64,000 bases of DNA from IMG/VR virus record IMGVR_UViG_3300028284_000001; one strand, given 5' to 3'. Positions 1 through 8,535 of the stretch are shown piece by piece (within the stretch, counting starts at the first letter, position 1; the number at the start of each line of letters is the position of its first letter). Both the position numbers and the translations under genes were made by a program. The DNA comes from a virus. The notes beneath the pieces are model-generated. The model was not told the origin of the DNA. It searched no databases and worked only from the letters and a program-made list of their open reading frames with translations.

Positions 1-713
1 TAGTCTAAAATACCCATGTGTAAAGGTCTAGAATCTTTTTTATCTAATGCTCCTGTGATAGCAACATCAGTTAAATCAATTTGCAGACGTTTACAACGGT
101 TGACGATATACTGCCAGTCATAGTTGATAAAATTCCAACCTGTCATCATTGGGAACTTAGGTAAAAACTTATGCAAAAACGTGTACAGCATATTGTACTC
201 ATCTTTAAATTTGTAATAACTAAATTCCCAGTCCTGATCATAGTCACCATTAGAGAAATGCTTATTAGTGTCTTCTTCGATCTTCTTTATTTGTTCAGAA
301 GAAAGATCTTCAAGACCAAGTACAATAGCTTTTCGCTCTGGTGTAATAATTGAAAAAGTCAATATGCGAGATTTAGCTTCTTCAGGTTTTGGAAAACCAT
401 CTACAATCTCTGTCTCAATATCGACGAAGTAAGTTCTAGGCATATTAAATTCATAAATCTCATCACGATCTTCTTGTGAAAGAGAATCCATAAAATAAAG
501 TAATGAAAACTTATTAAAGTTTCTAGATCTAGATTTTTTTAAAGTCCTGCCATCCCAGTTCTTAATGTTAGGATCCCTCCATTTATCATCATCTTTTGTG
601 ACCACCCAGTTTTGGAACTGACTAACCGGGTATCTTTTAAAAGAAACAGTACCTTCTTTGTTAAAATAAGATACTATTAATTCTTTGTCTGTTTGTTCGA
701 TGTCTAATAACAT
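1..713 (-). CDS. Family B DNA polymerase (T4 gp43-like), N-terminal and 3'-5' exonuclease region; runs off the left edge
   Basis: Not in the ORF track. Manual translation from ATG at 711-713 (TAATG overlap with the upstream stop) gives MLLDIEQTDKELIVSYFNKEG...YFVDIETEIVDGFPKPEEAKSRILTFS...MMTGWNFINYDWQYIVNRC, which contains the PolB ExoI (DIET) and ExoII (GWN-x3-YD) motifs. Confidence 0.92.
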   Translation of the reverse strand, partial: MLLDIEQTDKELIVSYFNKEGTVSFKRYPVSQFQNWVVTKDDDKWRDPNIKNWDGRTLKKSRSRNFNKFSLLYFMDSLSQEDRDEIYEFNMPRTYFVDIETEIVDGFPKPEEAKSRILTFSIITPERKAIVLGLEDLSSEQIKKIEEDTNKHFSNGDYDQDWEFSYYKFKDEYNMLYTFLHKFLPKFPMMTGWNFINYDWQYIVNRCKRLQIDLTDVAITGALDKKDSRPLHMGILD

Positions 714-1180
714 TAATATCCACGTTTTTGGCGTTGGACATTTTCTTCTGCTTTAGCGAAGTAGTAGTTATAGGCGGTCTTAGCATCTAATCCGATAGAA
801 GCTGCATAATTAATAAAGAAGTGTAGAATATCTACCCATTCCATATATAGTTCTTTTTTATCATCTTCAGATAAATCGGAAACTTTCTTGTTATCAAATG
901 TTGAGAAGTCTTTCTTCCAGTATTTCCATACTGCATTTCCACTACCGTCTTTGATTCCACCAAGAGCATCAGTCATTTCATGAATTTCATCAATTACAGC
1001 ATGTGTATTACAATGCCAGAAATTCATTACATCTCGCAATGACATTTCTTCGAAGTTAAAACCATAGGTTTTTTCTTGCATGTTTTTTTGATGAGACATA
1101 ATGTCTTCTAAGTGTGTTGTTGATTCTGCGTAGAAGTCTTTTACTTCTAAGTCTTTACATTCGTTATCTATGTTTGCCAT
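713..1180 (-). CDS. Dimeric all-alpha dNTP pyrophosphatase (dUTPase/dCTPase, T4 gp56-like)
   Basis: ExxE...ExxD motifs (DEIHEMTDAL, MEWVDILHF), WKYWK segment, C-terminal K-x2-EN-x2-RQ-x2-GY; translationally coupled to the polymerase. Confidence 0.85.
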   Translation of the reverse strand: MANIDNECKDLEVKDFYAESTTHLEDIMSHQKNMQEKTYGFNFEEMSLRDVMNFWHCNTHAVIDEIHEMTDALGGIKDGSGNAVWKYWKKDFSTFDNKKVSDLSEDDKKELYMEWVDILHFFINYAASIGLDAKTAYNYYFAKAEENVQRQKRGY

Positions 1181-1201
1181 CGCTACTTTGTTATTTGTTT
1201 A

Positions 1202-1229
1202 TTATAGTTGAATTTACTTATCTGTTTCA
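1202..1229 (-). promoter_or_regulatory. Putative middle promoter TGAAAC-N16-CTATAA
   Basis: The same bipartite motif occurs upstream of several replication/modification genes; this copy precedes the dNTPase-polymerase pair. Confidence 0.6.
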
Positions 1230-2110
1230 AGTATTTCACCCCAAGCTCTTTCAGATTTTGTCAATATTTTTGTATTGATATCTGTTGGTTTAGGGTCTCC
1301 ACCTACATTCCAGAACCAGGCACCAGGAGTACCATTCTTTTTCATGAACTCCCAAGCCTTTGCATCGTAATTCATTGCCGATGGAAATGGTGGATTATAT
1401 TGTGGATCTACATTTTGTGTAAATGCTTTTGGGTGAGACCATACTTCTGCGATACCTCTTTCACCCTTCTTAATATTTCTTGCTACTGCAACTCCATGGA
1501 ATTTAGCATCAGGCCAGGCTATTTGCAGAGACCGTTGTAGAACACCAGTGGATATTGCTGACCATACTTCATCAGGGTACCCATGTGTTTCTGCAATAGT
1601 ATGCGCGACCTTCACAGCAGCCGCTGTAACTAGCTCATGTTTAAGTCCTAAGGGAATAAAGAATGCATTGTTTGCTTCTGCCCATTTCTTTGCGTGAGCA
1701 TTTAAGACTGGCATTGCTGCAATTCTTTTAAATTTCATTTCAGCTCCCATTTCTACACAGATCGCTTGATGATCTGAAATCTCTTTTTGTGATGGACTGA
1801 ATAGAACAAGTTTCTTATTATACTTCTTTGCTAAATATGCTAAGGAAATACCTGCAAATCCATATCTAGGTTGAACATATACTAATGTATCTTTTGGACA
1901 TGTTTGAACTAGAATATCTCCGAATCTACATTTAGATCCAAAGCCCATCATGTCTTCTCTTACTACTTTAAATCCTTCATGGTCTACTAACTGTGGAGCC
2001 TCGAAAGGATCTACCCAGTCACCTGCTAAATCTAACCATGCCTGTTTATTTGGCATCATCAGATTCAGATCTTGATTGTAAAGTGATGTTGTATGTTTAT
2101 TGTGTGCCAT
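1214..2110 (-). CDS. PLP-dependent enzyme (fold type II, PALP/TrpB-like), probable DNA-modification tailoring enzyme
   Basis: VVRED-x5-GSKCR (Schiff-base Lys), GFAGISLA, AISTG phosphate loop, YDAKAW and FWNVGG; located next to the transferase-like gene and the polymerase. Confidence 0.8.
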   Translation of the reverse strand: MAHNKHTTSLYNQDLNLMMPNKQAWLDLAGDWVDPFEAPQLVDHEGFKVVREDMMGFGSKCRFGDILVQTCPKDTLVYVQPRYGFAGISLAYLAKKYNKKLVLFSPSQKEISDHQAICVEMGAEMKFKRIAAMPVLNAHAKKWAEANNAFFIPLGLKHELVTAAAVKVAHTIAETHGYPDEVWSAISTGVLQRSLQIAWPDAKFHGVAVARNIKKGERGIAEVWSHPKAFTQNVDPQYNPPFPSAMNYDAKAWEFMKKNGTPGAWFWNVGGDPKPTDINTKILTKSERAWGEILETDK

Positions 2111-3329
2111 ATAATTTTGCTACTTTTTGTTTGTATTCTTCTACGTTTGTACTAGCTGCTTTTAGAACTTTATCATCTGATGGAAATGAAGTCATACCAT
2201 TAAATGTTTCTAATAATCCTAAGTCTAACATAGCCTTTTGTCTTCCAAATGGATGATCTTTAATAGTTGAGGAATTCCATAGAGTGTCCATATTAATATG
2301 CGAATAATCTGCACCCGGTCTTAGATAGTTTTCAATCCATCTAATAAAATCACAAGCTACATCCTCAGCGTTATATGGAAGACTACCAGTATCTTCATAA
2401 ATCTTAGTCATAACTGCATCCAAGAACTCTTCAGACTTCTTCCCTTTCTTTTCTACAGGATCTGCAAGATAACCAATACATTCTACTGCATTAGTACCAT
2501 AATAGAACATTGATTCTCTATTCATAAATTCTGGGTACCAATCACATACATCTGCAATAACTGCAGCATACTGGAATCTATAAGCTCTTAATCCGTTATC
2601 GGCATTCCACTTAAACATCCATTCTCCTAACTCTCTTAAATCCTTCTTACCACCTTCTCTTAAGTAGTCTGCCATGTCTCTTGCAAGTCTTGGTGCAAAT
2701 TCACATAGGAAATAATCACCACCTTTTTTGTAAACATATTCTGGTTCTTTAAAACTAGCCATGCCAACAAATGAGTCTTCACCTAAATCCGGTTTGGGTG
2801 GCTTAGGGAATGCTGGGAACTGATAACCAACTGAAGTGTAAAATGAAGTTGGATGGTGTTTTACCTTTTCACACATATCTTCAATAGACTCACAATCATG
2901 TAGGTCAAAGATAATAGTGTTATGATAACCAGATGGTTTAGTTGCGTAATTAATTGCAGAACCACAAACTCTATGTAGAATAAAGATGTATAGGTATTCT
3001 TCTAGTCCAAAAGTATCTCTCTTACCAGTCCAGTTTTTTGCAACCTCTTCTCTTTGGGGGTAAATTTTACCAGCCTCCATGTGTTTCCAATAGGGATGCT
3101 CTGGAGTCCAACCATAAAATACATCGTTTATGATCTGGCTAAAACCTGCATACTTACGTTCAACAACATCATATAGCTGAATCTGTTCCATTAGCGGATC
3201 GTTCATTCCACTATCGGCATGATCTACCATACCTAGATTTGAAAGCTCTTGTTGCTTTAATGCCAGGTCATAATACCTGATAAACTCATCATAATATTTA
3301 GTTGTCTTAATTTGAACTTTGTTACTCAT
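2097..3329 (-). CDS. Putative amino-acid:DNA transferase (aGPT-Pplase/ADDT-like, HhH-glycosylase fold)
   Basis: The spaced pattern DPLM...YDVVER, FQYAAVIAD, YGTNAVECI, AEDVACDFIRW resembles the aGPT-Pplase pattern as I recall it (DPIL...NV.R; F..Y....D; GPGA..G; E...CE..KY). Its position beside a PLP enzyme supports this. Confidence 0.5.
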   Translation of the reverse strand: MSNKVQIKTTKYYDEFIRYYDLALKQQELSNLGMVDHADSGMNDPLMEQIQLYDVVERKYAGFSQIINDVFYGWTPEHPYWKHMEAGKIYPQREEVAKNWTGKRDTFGLEEYLYIFILHRVCGSAINYATKPSGYHNTIIFDLHDCESIEDMCEKVKHHPTSFYTSVGYQFPAFPKPPKPDLGEDSFVGMASFKEPEYVYKKGGDYFLCEFAPRLARDMADYLREGGKKDLRELGEWMFKWNADNGLRAYRFQYAAVIADVCDWYPEFMNRESMFYYGTNAVECIGYLADPVEKKGKKSEEFLDAVMTKIYEDTGSLPYNAEDVACDFIRWIENYLRPGADYSHINMDTLWNSSTIKDHPFGRQKAMLDLGLLETFNGMTSFPSDDKVLKAASTNVEEYKQKVAKLYGTQ

Positions 3330-3474
3330 TCACTTCTTTGATTTTCCAATCGAAAGCATCTCGGTTTCTTTGGTATTGTTCCATCGACCACTCTATTTTA
3401 TCAGATTCAATTACTAATATGTAGCTAGCGTCGTTGGCATTTAATGGTGTTATTATTATTTGGTATTCTTTCAT
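3322..3474 (-). CDS. Small hypothetical protein (50 aa), below the ORF-track cutoff
   Basis: MKEYQIIITPLNANDASYILVIESDKIEWSMEQYQRNRDAFDWKIKEVNE; fills the gap between its neighbours and overlaps the next start codon. Confidence 0.7.
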   Translation of the reverse strand: MKEYQIIITPLNANDASYILVIESDKIEWSMEQYQRNRDAFDWKIKEVNE

Positions 3475-3477
3475 ATA

Positions 3478-4569
3478 TTAAAATAATGCAAGCGTTGCTT
3501 TGGTTAGTTTTGAGTTAGGTTCGTTCTTAACTAGATCCCAACGATAATACTCTCGTGCAATATGAACTGACTTAGGCTTTTCCATTACATCGAATGTTAA
3601 CTCTCCAAAAGAGTTTAGGTAAACATCCGGGTGTTTCCAAGTCTTCCAGTCATTTCTTTCACACATATCGGTTACCATTTGATTAAACTGTTTTACCAGT
3701 TCAGTTCTTTCAGCCCAACTACCTGCAAATGGAGTATCTTTATAGTACCCTGTTTTTGGTAGAGGTCTGGATTCATTTTCAATTGGTAGAGCTTGAACAA
3801 CTTCAATGTTATCAATTTCTAAATCGATTAATTGTTGTTCATAAATAGCCATCATATCTTTTAGAGCTTTGCTAGGATTAGCTTGTCTCATAAGATGATG
3901 TCTAATATCTATATTCCCTAGATAGATCCTAAGCTCTTGGATTTCTTCTGGTACATAAGAACGAAGACCTCGTCTTAACGTACCGAATAGAGTTAATCCA
4001 TCATTTCGATCGGTCATATACCCTGGGGTATATTGGCTAAAAGAATGTGAGTCTCCAAAGCAAAGTTTATTTGTCTTTTGGATTCGGTCTACTCTGGGAA
4101 TAATAGCGCAGAGTTCCTTTGCCTCTTCTATTCGAACCTCTAGGGTTTTAAAAAGATCGGAACCTGTCTTTAAACGTTTCTCAATTAGAGTACCTACACA
4201 AGGCATATCATGGTGTAATGAATACATCCTAATGCCTTTTGAAAATAATCTAATTACTTGATTGTATAAGTCATCATTAGCACCTCCAAATATATTGAAG
4301 TTGCCTTTAAATTCCATACCGTGTTCTAATAACATTACATGGAAATTCTCTTCCCAATGAGTTACAACATCTGTAACTACTGTAACATCTGTATATCCTG
4401 CGGCGGTTAGTTGATTTGCAAGTTTGAAAGCCCAACCTGATTTATGTGATTGTGGCTTCGGACTTAATTTACCTACTAGAGCTGCAATACCTATCTTGGC
4501 ATTTTTGTCTTTCTCTAAATCAGTAAAATATATTTGACTATTGGTTGTCATCGATTCCAGCATCTGCAT
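3478..4569 (-). CDS. Hypothetical protein with C-terminal SGNH/GDSL-like domain
   Basis: CFGDSHS (block I), G (block II), YLGNIDIRHH (block III-like) and KSVH (block V His). Confidence 0.55.
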   Translation of the reverse strand: MQMLESMTTNSQIYFTDLEKDKNAKIGIAALVGKLSPKPQSHKSGWAFKLANQLTAAGYTDVTVVTDVVTHWEENFHVMLLEHGMEFKGNFNIFGGANDDLYNQVIRLFSKGIRMYSLHHDMPCVGTLIEKRLKTGSDLFKTLEVRIEEAKELCAIIPRVDRIQKTNKLCFGDSHSFSQYTPGYMTDRNDGLTLFGTLRRGLRSYVPEEIQELRIYLGNIDIRHHLMRQANPSKALKDMMAIYEQQLIDLEIDNIEVVQALPIENESRPLPKTGYYKDTPFAGSWAERTELVKQFNQMVTDMCERNDWKTWKHPDVYLNSFGELTFDVMEKPKSVHIAREYYRWDLVKNEPNSKLTKATLALF

Positions 4570-4867
4570 CAGTTAAATTAATAGGCTTTTCAGTATCGCC
4601 ATAGCCATACTTCTTAATATAATTATCTAGTCCGCCAATATATGCGACTGCATCTAAAAGATTATCTTCTTTATAGTTGTAAGAGTGTCTGCTTAATTTA
4701 AGTGCAACAAGTGCTGCATACATGTCGGCTCCAGTAAATTCTTTACCTGTCATGCCTGAACAAACCATGGCAGCTCTTCGCATGCCTTCTTCGAAAGGAC
4801 CATATTGGCGTTCTTTCTCTTCTGATCTGTGGTTGATGATTTTGTCTGCTTCGTTTAATATGTTCAT
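4538..4867 (-). CDS. DUF6378-like small all-alpha protein (nucleotide-modification associated)
   Basis: IL-x-EA-x2-I...R...YG...LKLSR...DN-x2-D-x2-AY pattern typical of this phage family. Confidence 0.65.
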   Translation of the reverse strand: MNILNEADKIINHRSEEKERQYGPFEEGMRRAAMVCSGMTGKEFTGADMYAALVALKLSRHSYNYKEDNLLDAVAYIGGLDNYIKKYGYGDTEKPINLTDADAGIDDNQ

Positions 4868-4888
4868 AGAACTAGATTTAATTAATAT

Positions 4889-4916
4889 TTATAGAGGAAT
4901 AGCCTCGTTTGTTTCA
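4889..4916 (-). promoter_or_regulatory. Putative middle promoter TGAAAC-N16-CTATAA
   Basis: Same motif and spacing as 1202-1229; sits at the head of the modification operon. Confidence 0.6.
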
Positions 4917-5594
4917 CTAAAGTTCGTAGATAACTGGTACTCCATTTTCAATACAAAGATACTCATACGGGAGTGCGTCAACAAAATAGTGGTTATCATC
5001 ATAATCGATTACTCTCATATTAGTATGCCCAACAACTTGTATAATAGTATCGTTAAGGGGATTACGTCTTAGGGCTTGAGGTCTAATCCACATTGGACCT
5101 TCACCATCATAATTACCATACATTTCCATACCACTATGATTAAACGATCTCTTATCATAAGACCAAAGATCATTAATTTGTTCTGGGATATTACCGCCTT
5201 CTGGGAAATTAGTGTCATACCATTCTTTCGAAACACCAGCGTGTGTAAATAAAAACTTATCTACCTGATATGCTACTTGTAAATGTTCTTTAGTTTCTCG
5301 TAAGAGTTCACCGATTTCTGGTGCGTGCCATGTATTATATCCGCCATATCGACCGCCACATTCTGACATATAATGAAAGTCATGGTTACCGATCAACATA
5401 GTTACTTTAACATCAGCAGATTCTTTCCATGCAATAATCTCTTTATAGTTGTAAATTTGTTCCGCATGTGAAATAGAGAATGAGTCAAAGTAATCTCCGA
5501 TGAATACAAACTCAGTAGCATCAGGGTTTAACTCGATAAGTTTCTTCCAACTATCATGCCCATGTACATCTCCTATTACTACTATTTTACTCAT
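4917..5594 (-). CDS. Calcineurin-like metallophosphoesterase
   Basis: GDVHG, GDYFD, GNHD, THAG and VGHT motifs. Confidence 0.92.
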   Translation of the reverse strand: MSKIVVIGDVHGHDSWKKLIELNPDATEFVFIGDYFDSFSISHAEQIYNYKEIIAWKESADVKVTMLIGNHDFHYMSECGGRYGGYNTWHAPEIGELLRETKEHLQVAYQVDKFLFTHAGVSKEWYDTNFPEGGNIPEQINDLWSYDKRSFNHSGMEMYGNYDGEGPMWIRPQALRRNPLNDTIIQVVGHTNMRVIDYDDNHYFVDALPYEYLCIENGVPVIYEL

Positions 5595-5773
5595 TTTAAT
5601 TTCTTTTTAAAAATAATTAATTTTAATTGGATATAGAACTTAATATCGTAATACCACTTAAACTGCTTTCTTCTCTTTGCTTTCTTAATCCAACCAGAAT
5701 CTTTAAATGAGATTCGTTTTACCCAATCGGAAATTGATTCGCCTTCGTATCTAGCATCGCGGTGTTTATTCAT
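5591..5773 (-). CDS. Small basic hypothetical protein (probable start MNKHRD at 5773)
   Basis: The ORF track starts it at 5833, but that extension overlaps the 45-aa ORF. The ATG at 5771-5773 is coupled to that ORF's end (GATGAATAA). Confidence 0.55.
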   Translation of the reverse strand: MNKHRDARYEGESISDWVKRISFKDSGWIKKAKRRKQFKWYYDIKFYIQLKLIIFKKKLK

Positions 5774-5903
5774 CTTTCTTTTTATGTTTCTTTGTTCGTG
5801 TATATTGTTTTTTACTCTTATGAACATTACCACGCATAGCCTGCCATATCTCTTGTATGGTAAACTGTGTCTTTTGTAGTTTTTTATTTTCTTTCTTGTC
5901 CAT
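5766..5903 (-). CDS. Unannotated 45-aa basic protein, ArfA/BrfA-like ribosome rescue factor candidate
   Basis: MDKKENKKLQKTQFTIQEIWQAMRGNVHKSKKQYTRTKKHKKKDE, directly behind a conserved early promoter. The KSKK-x-Y-x-R-x2-KH tail resembles the ArfA/BrfA C-terminal KH motif. The ORF is well supported; the function is inferred. Confidence 0.6.
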   Translation of the reverse strand: MDKKENKKLQKTQFTIQEIWQAMRGNVHKSKKQYTRTKKHKKKDE

Positions 5904-5909
5904 TGTGTA

Positions 5910-5952
5910 TAATTACAGTACTAATATACGAATAATTTCTGACATAAAAAAA
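5910..5952 (-). promoter_or_regulatory. Early (host sigma) promoter cassette TTTTTTATGTCA-N5-TATTCGTATATTAGTACTGTAATTA
   Basis: Near-identical to the copies at about 20214-20256 and 51565-51607. TATATTAG is one mismatch from the Bacteroidota -7 consensus TAnnTTTG. Confidence 0.75.
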
Positions 5953-5963
5953 TCTAGAGGCAC

Positions 5964-7118
5964 TTATTTGTAAAGTTTTGCAAACTTTTCTGCTTCGATC
6001 TCTTTTATCTTATCTGCGATTGCAGGTCCTTTTACATCAAACTGCTTCATAACATCGCCGCCATTAGTAGATGGCTTGTATTTAATGAATGCCTTTATCA
6101 TTTTAATGTCTAACCTATTTAGCTTTGCAAACTCTAAAATAATCTTTTTATCTAGCTTTACAATATCTCTCTTTTTACTTACATCAAATACAGTCTCTGG
6201 TTTTAGAGTCATTAATGATTTAAGAAATAAAATAGAATCTATTTCTTTACTTGAAAATGTTAGCCTATTTAATTGAGATTTTATTTGATCGTTTTCATTA
6301 ACACCAAATAGAGTTGCAATTTGAATTATCCAATCCCTAGTATCGATAAATCTTTTATCTACATAAACAGTAGGAAACATTACTGGCCACATCTTAAAGT
6401 ACTCTACCATCTCCAAGTATTTCTTTGGGGACTTAGCAGTAGTTACAGATTTCTTAAATTCATCTCTAATTCTTTCTGGACTAATATCTTCTAATGAGTT
6501 ATCACTAATAATAGCTTCTGCTGTATTCTTTTCTAGTTTACTACCAGTTCTACCAGCAAATCTTAGGGCTCTTAATTTTCTTAGAGGATCTTCTTCAAAT
6601 CTCTCCTGAGCTCTACCGACAGTTCTAATAGTATTACTTTGAATATCTGCAATACCACCAACTAGATCGACAACTTCTTGAGTTTCAATATTGTAAAATA
6701 GTGCATTAATTGTTAAGTCTCTCCTTAGAACATCTTGATCTATTGTAGAAAACTTCACGGCATCAGGTCTACGACCCTTTCCAATGTCTTCTCTAAATGT
6801 TGCAATTTCCATGCCCTCAGCAAAGCTAGGAGTTTTAGCAATTACAACTCCAAACTGTTGTCCTACTTCTCCGATGGTTGGAACACCACCTGATTTTAAG
6901 ATCTTAATTACTTCTTCTGGTTTTGCATCAGTAGCTAAATCAAAGTCTTTTGGTTTTTGCCCAAGCATTGCATCTCGCACTGCACCACCAACTACATAAA
7001 GTTCTCTTTTATTTTTCTTAAAGAGTTTATGTAAATCGATGACGTCTTTAGGTACATTCATCTTAAGCCTCTGTTGAGCCTCTAGTAATAACGTGTATTG
7101 TGAGTATGATTCTAACAT
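5964..7118 (-). CDS. cca: Class II tRNA nucleotidyltransferase (CCA-adding enzyme / poly(A) polymerase family)
   Basis: VGGAVRD, DFDLATD, EIATFR, RRDLTINAL, RFEEDPLRKLRALRF (EDxxR nucleotide-selection motif) and ISPERI. Confidence 0.9.
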   Translation of the reverse strand: MLESYSQYTLLLEAQQRLKMNVPKDVIDLHKLFKKNKRELYVVGGAVRDAMLGQKPKDFDLATDAKPEEVIKILKSGGVPTIGEVGQQFGVVIAKTPSFAEGMEIATFREDIGKGRRPDAVKFSTIDQDVLRRDLTINALFYNIETQEVVDLVGGIADIQSNTIRTVGRAQERFEEDPLRKLRALRFAGRTGSKLEKNTAEAIISDNSLEDISPERIRDEFKKSVTTAKSPKKYLEMVEYFKMWPVMFPTVYVDKRFIDTRDWIIQIATLFGVNENDQIKSQLNRLTFSSKEIDSILFLKSLMTLKPETVFDVSKKRDIVKLDKKIILEFAKLNRLDIKMIKAFIKYKPSTNGGDVMKQFDVKGPAIADKIKEIEAEKFAKLYK

Positions 7119-7138
7119 GGTTTATATATTTAACTTAT

Positions 7139-7206
7139 CTAATATACGAAAAAAGACCCAAACAAAAAAATGTTTAGGCCTTTATTTTGTTAAAGTTATT
7201 AACAAT
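7139..7206 (-). promoter_or_regulatory. Early promoter variant upstream of cca
   Basis: TTCGTATATTAG core with upstream TTTG; also carries the TGTTAATAACTTT...CAAAATA element seen at 20178-20201. Confidence 0.6.
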
Positions 7207-7208
7207 AT

Positions 7209-7943
7209 TTATTCTGCAAATGCTTCAATATCCCATTGGATTCTCTGCATAGGATCGTCATCTCTAAATTCTTTCTTAACCCAATCAATAAGTCCCGGTT
7301 CGAATTGAGCGTTTTGCGCCATATCACTGGCGTTCTTCCAACCGTCATTTGATGCAACATCTTCTAACCATTGGTCATATTTCTTTTGAGTCCATCTTAC
7401 TTTCTTAACAGCTTTCTTATGTGGACCTGCTCCTAAAGTTGACTTTACAGTATTATAGTGTTCTGGACCGGCAAATATACCTTCTGCCCATTCTTGATCT
7501 CTTTTATTACCGTCCCAATATTTAATCTCTTTTCTAAATCTTCTTAGTGAATAATTACCGCCTTCTATTTGCCTACTCTTTGTAACTTCTCCTTGTCTTT
7601 TACCTAATTCGATTTTCTTTTCTTCAGCAGTCTTAGGATCCATTTCGAAATGTAAAGATTTTACTAAATCTCCAATACCATCAAATTTACTTTCATTAAT
7701 AAAAGTTGAAAATTGAGTATATAAATTAAATGATTCCATTTCTAATTTCTTTTTAGTTTTATCCTTCTTAACTTCTTCTTCGTCGTCGTCAATATCTGCA
7801 ACATCTGGTACATCACCTGAGCCTATGTTTCCATTTGCTGAATTAGGTAAAGATACTTCTCCCATACCTCCTATGTTTCCAGGGCTTATTCTAGCGTTAG
7901 CTGTTTCAAAGTTTTCTTCTAATGGTCCAATAAATTCTGACAT
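7209..7943 (-). CDS. Putative internal head protein
   Basis: Internal CTS-like motif YTQFSTFINE|S after an acidic N-terminal region; last gene of the CTS operon. Confidence 0.55.
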   Translation of the reverse strand: MSEFIGPLEENFETANARISPGNIGGMGEVSLPNSANGNIGSGDVPDVADIDDDEEEVKKDKTKKKLEMESFNLYTQFSTFINESKFDGIGDLVKSLHFEMDPKTAEEKKIELGKRQGEVTKSRQIEGGNYSLRRFRKEIKYWDGNKRDQEWAEGIFAGPEHYNTVKSTLGAGPHKKAVKKVRWTQKKYDQWLEDVASNDGWKNASDMAQNAQFEPGLIDWVKKEFRDDDPMQRIQWDIEAFAE

Positions 7944-7944
7944 A

Positions 7945-8514
7945 TTATTTTGCGTCTATTTGAATGTATTCAGCGTCTCTAAGTTCAAGATTGTTATTAC
8001 CAACCTGTCTATCGTATTCACCATAGATAACATCTTTTTTACTTGCTACTGGAGAGTTCATCATTCCAGTCTTATCTATTTTTCTACCTAATTTATTACC
8101 GTTAGCATCATCCATAAAACCAACATTAATTACCATTTCATTCCATGTTGCGTATGATATGTATAAATCCCCAGAACCGTCTGATGAGTTTAAGCCATTA
8201 ACTTCGTCAGCTTTCCATTCTTCACTTAAATTAGCAGTTACAAATAATACCGTCTCCATATCTTTTGTTCCTTTTTCAACTTGATCCAAGATGATTTTTT
8301 CAGCATCTTTCTTAAAACTCTTCCATTCTTTATTAACTTCTTTTAGAGTTCCATCTACATCACCTTCATATTGAATCTTTTCGATTTCTTTTTTAAAGGC
8401 TTGCATTACTTTTCCTATTAACCCCTTAGAAGTATAAAGTCCAGTCATTCTATATGCTTTTTCGTTTAATTTTTGTGAAGCTACAAATGCTTCAAATAAT
8501 TTTACGTGTTTCAT
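7945..8514 (-). CDS. Putative internal head protein
   Basis: N-terminus MKHVKLFEAFVASQKLNE|K is CTS-like. Confidence 0.6.
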   Translation of the reverse strand: MKHVKLFEAFVASQKLNEKAYRMTGLYTSKGLIGKVMQAFKKEIEKIQYEGDVDGTLKEVNKEWKSFKKDAEKIILDQVEKGTKDMETVLFVTANLSEEWKADEVNGLNSSDGSGDLYISYATWNEMVINVGFMDDANGNKLGRKIDKTGMMNSPVASKKDVIYGEYDRQVGNNNLELRDAEYIQIDAK

Positions 8515-8535
8515 AGTTGTTTTTATTTAATTGTA

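Noticed and set aside
4886-4893. Exact T4 late promoter TATAAATA
   Set aside because: It coincides with the -10 part of the GAAAC-N16-CTATAA motif in front of non-structural genes and is better explained as a middle promoter.
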